From the NCBI GenBank assembly GCA_951406725.2, contig OX597818.1, forward strand, positions 89,962,001 through 90,026,000: a DNA stretch of 64,000 nt, in the 5' to 3' direction. Origin of the DNA: Octopus vulgaris. Its lineage: Eukaryota. The notes beneath the pieces are model-generated. The model made no database searches. It was not told the origin of the DNA and worked only from the letters and a program-made list of their open reading frames with translations. The translations under genes and the position numbers were made by a program. Below are positions 54,778 to 64,000 of this stretch, in pieces. Numbering within the stretch: the first letter of the stretch is position 1; each line of letters begins with the position of its first letter.

Positions 54778-55092
54778 GCTTGCCTCTTTTAGGCATTTTC
54801 TTTGTTATATTTTTCTTTGTTATCGACTTTTTACACGGCACTTTATGAAACACCACTTTGTACTTCATGTTTTGTAATGTCCAATCTTATTTTTGTTGGC
54901 CCTTGTGGCTAATAAAGACAGGGTTATTATTATCTACTATAATAATACACTTGTGTTTTTGTCCGCCACAACATATGAATCTGAGAGGAAGGGGTGATAG
55001 ATAAATAAGGAAGGGGTGATGGCAAATTGGTACTGGGAGCTTTTCAACTCTCTGTGAGTATTTGTGCGTGTATGTAAAAGTGAGGTATGTGA

Positions 55093-55136
<44 letters not shown>

Positions 55137-55434
55137 AATAGAAGTGTGATGATGAACGTTGAATGCTGAAAAGAAAACTCAAACAGCGTTTCAACTCTGT
55201 GTAAGTATATGTGTGTATGTGTGTGCGTGTACAAGGGAAGTATGTGAATGTTTGTATGTTTGAGCCAGCGTTCTTTCAGTAACAAACGATGATTGATGTC
55301 ACGTCTCAAAAGACAACCACTAGATAACATGGTCAGGTGTATTAATTTGATTTACCATTCATATTTATATATAAAATGCTACAATTAGCAGTAATTTTTG
55401 ACGGCACGGGGCCAGCTAGTTATTATTATAAACG

Positions 55435-56345
55435 TGATGAGGTGGCAGAATCATTAGTACGCCGGGCAAAATGCTTCGCGGCATTTCGTCCGTCTTTACG
55501 TTCTGAGTTTAAATCCGCAGACGCCCGCTTTGCCTTTGATTCTTTCGGGGTCGAGGAAATAAGCACTAGTTGAACACTGACACCGATGTAATCGACTTAA
55601 CCCTTCCCTCGGAATTGCTGGCCTTGTGCTAAAATTTGAAACCATTATTATCATTATTCTTTACTACTCTAGGCACAAGGCCCGAAATTTTTGGGGAGGG
55701 TACCAGTGGATTAGATCGACCACAGTGCGTAACTGGTACTTAATTTATCGACCCCGAAAGGATGAAAGGCAAAGTCGACCTCGGCGGAATTTGAACTCAG
55801 AACGTAACGGCAGACGAAATACGGCTACGCATTTCGCCCGGCGTGCTAACATTTCTGCCAGCTCGTCGTCTTAAGAAAGAAATAATTTATATTTCTTTAT
55901 TGCCCACAGTGGGCTAAACATAGAGGAGACAAACAAGGACAGACAAACGGATTAAGTCGATTACGTCGACCCTAGTGCCCAACTGGTACTTATTTAATCG
56001 ACTCCGAAAGGATGAAAGGCAATTCGACCTCGGCGGAATTTGAACTCAGAATGTAACGGCAGAGGAAATAATACTAAGCATTTCGCCCGGCGTGCTAACG
56101 ATTCTGCCAACTCGCAGCCCTCTTGTACCTAATTATTATGAAAGCGGCGAGCTAGCAGAATCGTCAGCACACGGAACAAAATACTGAGTGACACTTCATC
56201 CGTCTTCGTGTTCTGAGTTCAAATGGCGCCAAGGTCAATTTTGCCTTTCATCATTTCGGAATCGTTGAGATAAGTACCAGTTGATCTCTGGGGGTCGATG
56301 TAATCGTCTTGCTCCTTCCCCTCTGAAATTTCTGGCCTTGTGCAT
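55435..56345. mobile_element. Cluster of four SINE family A copies in mixed orientation
   Basis: + 55435-55645, - 55665-55872, - 55890-56120, + 56143-56345. Confidence 0.85.
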
Positions 56346-56826
56346 ACATTAAAAAGCACTGTTAAAATTGTTATTCTTGTTGCTGTATTTTCGTGTTATT
56401 TTCGTAAGGGACCAAACATATGATCAAACATATTCCAGCCATGACAATCCCGTTTTTCTTTTGTTCTTTTCACCTATTTGGCGGCAACCCAGGTCCATAT
56501 TATTGAATGTAACTTTCAAAACAGGAGAGTGTGATCTGAGGGAGTTTGGGCTGCTGCTGCTGCTGCTGTTGCTGTTGCAGCCGCCACTGTTGTGGGGGCG
56601 GTGGTTGTTGTTGCAGGTGCACTGGCAGAATGGTTGGAGCGCCGGACGAAATGCTTAGCGGCGTTTCGCCCGTCCTTACGTTCTGAGTTCAAATTCCGCT
56701 GAGGTCGACATTTGCCTTCCATCCTTTCGAGGTCGATAAATTGAGTACCAATCAAGTTCTGGGGGTCGATGTGATCGACCATCTCTTTCTCCTCAAATTC
56801 GAGGCCTTGTGCCTTTTGCAGAAGGG

Positions 56827-56886
<60 letters not shown>

Positions 56887-57517
56887 GAGTGAGAGAGCAG
56901 TGCATGCCATCAAAGTATGGATATGGTGACCATAGTGGTGGTAGCAGATGTTATTACTATGACAGTAACACTGATTATTATTCTTCTTTGCTCAAGGCAC
57001 AAGGACCGAAATTTTGGGGGAGGGGGCCAGTCGATTAGATCCACCCCAGGACGCAACTGGTACTTCATTTATCGACCCTGAAGGGATTAAAGGCAAGTTG
57101 ACCTGTTGTTGTTGTTGCCAAGGTACTAGTTTTAGTAGTGGCTATAGTGATTTTTATAGTATTAGTGGTTGCAGTTGTTCCGGTGGTAGTTGTTATTGTG
57201 GTAGTGTTAGTAGTAGCGGTAACTTTGGAGGTCGTTATTGTTCCTAGTGTTGGTGGTTGTTGTAGTAGTAGTAGTAGTAGTAGTAGTAGAAGTAGTGGTG
57301 GTGGTGGTGGTGGTGGTGATAGTAGTGGTGGCAGTGGTAGTAGTATTAGTGGTAGTGATGATGATAGTAATAGTTGTGGTTCTTGTTGAGGAAGTGTTTG
57401 TTGTTATGGCAGTAGTTGTAGTGGTTGCTGTAGTAGTTTTATCGTATTGGTGGTCGTTATTATTGTTCTAGTGTTGGCAGTTGTTATAGCAGCGGCAGCA
57501 GCAGCGGCAGTAGCAGC

Positions 57518-57596
<79 letters not shown>

Positions 57597-58319
57597 ATGG
57601 TGATGATGGGGGTGATAGTTATTGTTATAGTAATAGCTAAAGTGGTGGTGGTGGTGGTGGTGGTGGCAGTGGTGGTAGTTGATTTAGTAGTATTAATTAT
57701 AATTATGATGAGACTAAAACCGTTGTTGTTTAGCCACCACACCCTCCAAGTCAACCTTGATCGAAGAGGTTAACCTTTAATCAAAAGCCTGCCAAGTATG
57801 ACCACCCCATCTGTTTAGCAGACGTCTAGGAAACTACATTATCCAAGACAACAAAAGTGCAGTTGTTATTGCTATTACTTACTGCCTCATCTGAATTTAG
57901 CCCCGACCGAGTAACTTCAACATCAAAGACGCTCCAAATATGACGATCCCATCATGTTTTCAGACGAGGTTGTCAGCTGCTATTCCTGTTGTTTTGCTGT
58001 TCGTGATGGCACTCGTTGTTGTTACTATTGCTGCTGCTACTATTACTACTGCTGCTGCTGTTGTTGTTGTTGCTGTTGTTGTTGTTGTTGTTATTGTCGT
58101 TGTAGTCGTTGTTTCTCTTGTTGCGTCGTTTAGCAACCAGGTCAGGCTTGATCGAGCACACCTATGATAAAAAGCACCCAGCTGTGACCATTTCGTCATT
58201 TTTGTGTTTTTGTTGGTTTTGTTTTTTGTTCATACATGACTGTGTGGTAAGACGCTTACTTTCAAACCACATGGTCCCGGATTCAGTCCCACTGTGTGTG
58301 GCACGTTAGGCAAGACTTC

Positions 58320-58371
<52 letters not shown>

Positions 58372-58394
58372 TCTTGCATAACAAATATTTAAAC

Positions 58395-58454
<60 letters not shown>

Positions 58455-58499
58455 TCTTGCATAACAAATATTTAAACGTATATATATATATATATATAC

Positions 58500-59070
58500 G
58501 TTTAAATATTTGTTGTGCAAGAATTTTATGTGAAGTCGTGTGTTGAAACAGATATTGTTGTATTTAGGAATGGTCATTTTGCCAGTTTAGCCAATAAAAA
58601 CACACGCACTATATATTTGGTGTTACTTTGCTTCAGTGTTATTTATTTTTTACATTAATCTTAATCTTATTTCGGCCAAAGTTCTTTCGTCACACTCCTG
58701 TGACCGCATCAGTGGTCCTTTGTTTTCTTCTTACTTATTTGTGTCTCTCCTTACTAACCGCCAGCCATTTTGTATTTCTATTGTATGTCTTCATTTGCGC
58801 ATGCTTATATCTCTATGAGCGTTTATGTTTATTTAGTGTGTGTATGTGGGGGATGCCTGTAATATTTGTATCTTCTGTTTATATATGTTCATGTAATTTG
58901 TAATTTTATATGTTCATGTAATTTGTATTTTGGTTTTTGTTTTTGTTGTTTTTGTTTATTCTTATTTTGTTCATGTGTTTACATCCACCCATTATTATCA
59001 TTACATATGCTTGTATGTATGTATAACAACAATACTAGTAATAATAATAATAAATTGAATCGAAAAAAAA
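58500..59070. mobile_element. ~570-bp non-coding hammerhead-bearing repeat unit; direct partial copy 61225-61600, inverted permuted copy 61606-62257
   Basis: Three high-similarity copies bounded by (TA)n; short inverted end fragments at 58367-58480. Confidence 0.9.
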
Positions 59071-59085
59071 ATATATATATATACA

Positions 59086-59142
<57 letters not shown>

Positions 59143-59147
<5 letters not shown>

Positions 59148-61118
59148 TTTATTTCTATTAGTTTATGTATGGACTTCGCAAGGACCATAAAATAATTACT
59201 GACCCTATAGCAGGACCACCAACAAGACCAGTCTGTGGAGCGAATATCGCTAGCAATTACAGAATCTCCTACTTCCTCTCAATGATCATACGCCCTATAA
59301 TCCGGATATCACCTGATGTTTGTGACAGCACAGAAGATCTCCTCAGCAGGATCGATGACTGTAACAGCACTTGTGACCTGACAGGATGTATGGTGGTAGC
59401 ATGGATGTGGTATCCCTATACCCATCGAACGACGTAGATTTTGCGGTGGAGAAGTGCGTGGAGATGATCAATGAGAGCCAGGTGGAGTTCTGTAATGTCA
59501 ACACAGAAGAACTTGGCCTCCTACTTAGACTGACATGTAATACTGAATACTTAGATAAACATAATCTTAGTAGTTTCTGCCCCAGTAGATGTTTAAGAGG
59601 TAGACCGCCCACAATTACTTCTATGGCTAGGAAGACACATATAGAAAGATGGCGCGGATGGACCAGAGCCATACGGAGCCCCGCAAATGTCCATCAGATA
59701 AAGAAAATGATCGCACATGCACTAAGAGCTAGTATAAGAATTACCCTAAAAGGCCACACGTTTAAGTTTAATAATAAAATATATGCCCAGGACGAGGGGG
59801 CAGCCATCGGCGCTAGTATCGCTGGTGATGTGGCCAACCTTTTCATGGTATGGTGGGACAGAAGGATTAAAGAACGCCTAACACAGAACTCCATACTCGT
59901 AAACATGTACTCTCGCTATGTTGATGATATCAACATAGTGGTAAAGGCACCCCCACAAGAGAGTAATATTGATATAGTAATAGAAACTAATACTATGGAG
60001 AGCATCCAGCAAATAGCTAACTCCATCCACCAGAGTATTAAGGTCACAATAGACTACCCCACTAAACACCCCAACCATAGACTACCAGTACTAGACACCT
60101 AACTCTGGCTAGAAATTGTGAATAATAAAACCCAAATCCTTCATTCATACTATGCCAAACCTATGGCCTCAAAATACTTGATCCACCGGAACTCAACCAT
60201 TGCGGACAATGCCAAATTCAATATTTTGATGGCAGACCTCGTCAGAATAATGAGAAATGTGTCATGCATGTGCGAGCCCACAGAGTTAAAGAGACACATA
60301 CAATATTTCATTCACCGCATGCAGTTCTCAGGTTACAGCCATAAAGAAAGGATCAGAGTATACAAAGGAGCCATTAAGAAATTTGATAATATATTATGTA
60401 ATGATAGGAATGGTATTTGCCCACTCTATAAGAACAAGTCATGGAACACTATAGAAAGGACAAAAAAGAAAATAGGGATGGTCAACTCTTGGTATGATAG
60501 CCATAAATACCAGTGTCATGTTCGTTGACACCACCCCTGGAGGTGAACTGGCGTATCGCTTTAGAAGGACCCTAGACAAACTTAAGCTAAGAATTAAGAT
60601 TGTTGAAAAGCCAGGCAACCCTATCAAATTTATAATTGGTAGAACCTATCCTTTTAGTAGAACCCTCTGTACGGATAAGTACTGTACTGTATGTAGATTT
60701 AGCCCACAAACAAACTGTAAAGCCAGAAATGTAGTCTATAGTATAAGATGTATAGAGGGACGATGCAGTAACAAGACAGCGACATACGTAGGGGAAACGA
60801 CAAGAAGCATAGGAGAGCGGGTAAATGAGCATTGGAGACAACTCAAGGAAGGTAAAAGCTCATCGATTCTGTACCAACACGCCGAACAAGAAGACGAGGG
60901 ATCAATCAATAACATAGAAATTAAAATATTATCCACACATAGATCAAATGCAACAATTAGACAAATTACAGAGGCTACACACATAATAGAAAATAAATCT
61001 AGCCTGAATAGAAAACTAGAATGGAGCACTAACACACACCACAACACATGACGATAGAGGATCCTGAAAACATAATAAATACACAGATAAATAAATAAAC
61101 TAATAGAAATAAATAACT
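59143..61118 (+). mobile_element. Penelope-like retroelement (RT + C-terminal GIY-YIG), 5'-truncated and disrupted
   Basis: YGLRKDHK..RPV, GSMDVVSLYP, QDEGAAIG, SRYVDD, LPVLD; then Cxx[25 protein letters not shown]; frameshifts near 59390 and 60500, TAA at 60100-60102; inserted in (TA)n. Confidence 0.95.
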
Positions 61119-61121
61119 ATA

Positions 61122-61212
<91 letters not shown>

Positions 61213-62090
61213 GTATATATATATATTGTTATATTTCGGAATGGTCATATTGCCAGTTTAGCCAATAAAAACACACGCACTATATATTTGGTGTTATTTT
61301 GCTTCAGTGATATTTATTTTTTACATTAATCTTAATCTTATTTCGGCCAGAGTTCTTTCGTCACACTCCTGTGACCGCATCAGTGGTCCTTTGTTTTCTT
61401 CTTTCGTATTTGTCTCTCCTTACTAACCGTCAGCCATTTTGTATTTCTATTGTATGTCTTCATTTGCGCATGCTTATATCTCTATGTGCGTCTATGTTTA
61501 TTTAGTGTGTGTGTGGGGGGGGATGCATGTAATATTTGTATCTTCTGTTTATATACATTCATGTAATTTGTATTTCGTTATTGTTGTTGTTGCTTATATA
61601 TAGTACGTGTGTTTTTATTGGCTAAACTGGCAATATGGCCATTCCGAAATATAACAATATCTGTTTCAACACACGACTTCACATAAAAAAATCTTGCACA
61701 ACAAATATTTAAACGTATATATATATATATATATATTTTTTTTTCGATTCAATTTATTATTATTATTACTAGTATTGTTGTTATACATACATACATACAA
61801 GCATATGTAATGATAATAATGGGTGGATGTAAACACATGAACAAAATAAGAATAAACAAAAACAACAAAAACAAAATACAAAATACAAATTACAACAACA
61901 TATAAAATTACAAATTACATGAACATATATACAGAAGATACAAATATTACAAGCATCCCCCACAAACACACACTAAATAAACATAAACGCTCATAGAGAT
62001 ATAAGCATGCGCAAATGAAGACATACAATAAAAATACAAAATGGCTGACGGTTAGTAAGGAGAGACACAAATAAGTAAGAAGAAAACAAA

Positions 62091-62135
62091 GGACCACTGA
62101 TGCGGTCACAGGAGTGTGACGAAAGAACTCTGGCT
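62091..62135 (+). ncRNA. Hammerhead-like motif, A9C variant (copies 58674-58718 and 61345-61389, -)
   Basis: CCA-CTGATGC-G-GTCACA-GGAG-TGTGAC-GAAAG-AA-CTC-TGG; core and stem II identical in all three copies. Confidence 0.65.
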
Positions 62136-62247
62136 GAAATAAGACTAAGATTAATGTAAAAAATAAATAACACTGAAGCAAAGTAACACCAAATATATAG
62201 TGCGTGTGTTTTTATTGGCTAAACTGGCAAAATGACCATTCCTAAAT

Positions 62248-62291
<44 letters not shown>

Positions 62292-62387
62292 CAGGAAGGT
62301 TTACGAAAATAAACAAAAGACGAAGGCAGGTGGAGTACAAACAAGCAAATGTATTAGTATGGCGCTCAGGAATAGAAATAGAACAAG

Positions 62388-62425
62388 TCTTTTACGTTTC
62401 GAGCCTACGCTCTTCGACAGAAAGA
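62388..62425 (-). ncRNA. Minimal hammerhead, A6U variant
   Basis: TCTTT-CTGTCGA-A-GAGC-GTAG-GCTC-GAAAC-GTA-AAAGA. Confidence 0.7.
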
Positions 62426-62490
62426 TACACAGGAAAAAAACAAGGAGAGAAAAAAATGCGTGTAGGAGCTAACGATCTATCATATGTATA

Positions 62491-63061
62491 TAATATACTG
62501 CCACGCTTTTTGATGGAATCCTTTTCTGTAGAGAAAGGGACTTCATCCTATATTGTTAGTAGTAAACTCACTGCTTGTTACAAGGGGACCGGTAACCATT
62601 ACAATATGTAGCGGCGAAAGGTCAACACGTTGTTCTGAAACTGACCAAGGAATTTGTATTTTTAGATATAAATGATGTACTTAAATGTAGTTATGTTTTT
62701 AGCTTCTGCTTTTCAGAGTAGGTGAGTAAAATATAAATAAGTGAGTATTTTATTTATATTCCCTCGTAAGCTCTACTGAAGAAGAATGTATCCTTTATAG
62801 GATTAATTCCGAAATTGATTCAATATAGAGATAACGAAATTTAAATTTTCTAAAGGTTAGTTGCCCGCTTTCAGTTCAAATTTCCTGTAACAAGTGGATT
62901 ATAAGTGGATAAATCAGTGTATTGGCTTTAGAATAACTCTCTTTAGCCCTTAATTATAAGATATTTATACTTCAACCGTAAAGGTTTTTTTAATATACTG
63001 CCACGCTTTTTGATGGAATCCTTTTCTGTAGAGAAAGGGACTTCATCCTATATTGTTAGTA

Positions 63062-63064
<3 letters not shown>
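62491..63064 (+). mobile_element. 500-bp non-coding unit plus 74-bp terminal redundancy, containing one hammerhead
   Basis: 62491-62564 is identical to 62991-63064; followed by (TA)n. Confidence 0.85.
62771..62830 (+). ncRNA. Type I hammerhead ribozyme, canonical CUGAAGA core
   Basis: CTCTA-CTGAAGA-A-GAAT..ATCCT-TTAT-AGGAT..ATTC-C-GAAATTGA-T-TCAATA-TAGAG; AUA cleavage triplet. Confidence 0.8.
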
Positions 63065-63141
<77 letters not shown>

Positions 63142-63305
63142 CTAATAGCGACAAAAGCAGTACTGAATAGAAAAAGTAATCTTTAATCTCCAGTTTAATG
63201 AGGAGGATGTGCTAAAACACAGAATACTGCGTTATTTATGGTGAGAGGATCTCTCATAAGGGCTCGTGGTTTGTAAAATTACATCTTTGACAGACGATCG
63301 TTTGC

Positions 63306-63350
63306 TGCCATATCACGTGATTTCACTTTACTATGGGTTCCTCTGTGACA
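63306..63350 (-). ncRNA. Degenerate hammerhead-like motif
   Basis: TGTCA-CAGAGGA-AC..GT-GAAATCACGTGATA-TGGCA; stems I and III pair, stem II weak. Confidence 0.45.
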
Positions 63351-63829
63351 TACGTTATGGTTAATATTGCCTCTGCCGCAACTAGTTATTTTTTAATAAG
63401 CCTGCTGGCTATTTGTGACACTAATACCTGGACAGTTGCTAATATTCTATTTATCGCTGACGGGAGATTATGCTGTTATGTCATTCATGGACATGAGTGA
63501 AACAAGTGAAAGGTATATGCATACATACATACATACATACATACATACATACATACATACATACTATATATATATAGTGAGATGGACCTATGGACCTCTA
63601 AGGTCCTTACACATCAGATAAAAGATTCCTAGATTGTTTTATACCAGAATGTGATTGAACAGGTGTACCTAAAAGTAGAATATGGTCCATATATATATAT
63701 ATAATATATAGTTAATCCAAACAAGAAAACACAAAAAAACCCAAAAAAGAAACAAAAAAACACAGCAACGCGAGGACGTGGAACAATTAAAGTATTATTG
63801 GACGCTCAGGAAAGAAGGGAAGAAGGAGG

Positions 63830-63864
63830 GTTTAACGTTTCGAGCAGAGCTCTTCGTCGGAAAC
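63830..63864 (-). ncRNA. Minimal hammerhead, U4C variant; family related to 62388-62425
   Basis: GTTT-CCGACGA-A-GAGC-TCT-GCTC-GAAAC-GTT-AAAC. Confidence 0.7.
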
Positions 63865-63914
63865 ATAGGAGAAGGAAAGATCCCGAGAAGGGAAGACAGC
63901 GGTACTCACGAGGT

Positions 63915-63978
<64 letters not shown>

Positions 63979-64000
63979 AACATATTATATATACATATAT

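Noticed and set aside
60100-60102. Selenocysteine or readthrough recoding in the PLE ORF, as in some Naiad PLEs
   Set aside because: The stop is TAA rather than TGA, the endonuclease is C-terminal, and two frameshifts indicate ordinary decay.

Overview
AT-rich, repeat-saturated animal genomic DNA with no bacterial-type features. The SINE families and microsatellite load suggest an octopus/cephalopod, which is an inference. Almost all ORF-track entries are microsatellite or SINE artefacts. Recognisable content: (1) dozens of tRNA-derived SINE copies from at least 5 families; (2) decayed LINE fragments (R4/Dong-like and HERO-like RLE, RTE, CR1/Jockey-like RT, Tx1/L1-like endonuclease and zinc knuckle); (3) a 5'-truncated, disrupted Penelope-like element (PLE; RT plus C-terminal GIY-YIG) at 59.1-61.1 kb and three other PLE relics; (4) non-autonomous Helitrons, hAT-like MITEs, a long-TIR MITE with a telomeric-repeat core, and a solo LTR. 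The main unexplained layer is about 12 unrelated short non-coding elements, mostly inside (TA)n and often arranged as foldbacks or 1.1-1.5-copy tandem units. They carry type I hammerhead ribozyme folds with natural core variants (U3:A8, U4C, A6U, A9C, extra nucleotide after A9). One also has a tRNA/Pol III head. I also see a candidate signal-peptide first exon of a minus-strand host gene at 50.1 kb and a triplicated TATA+Inr block at 40-43.6 kb. All folds and translations were done by eye, and no searches were run.
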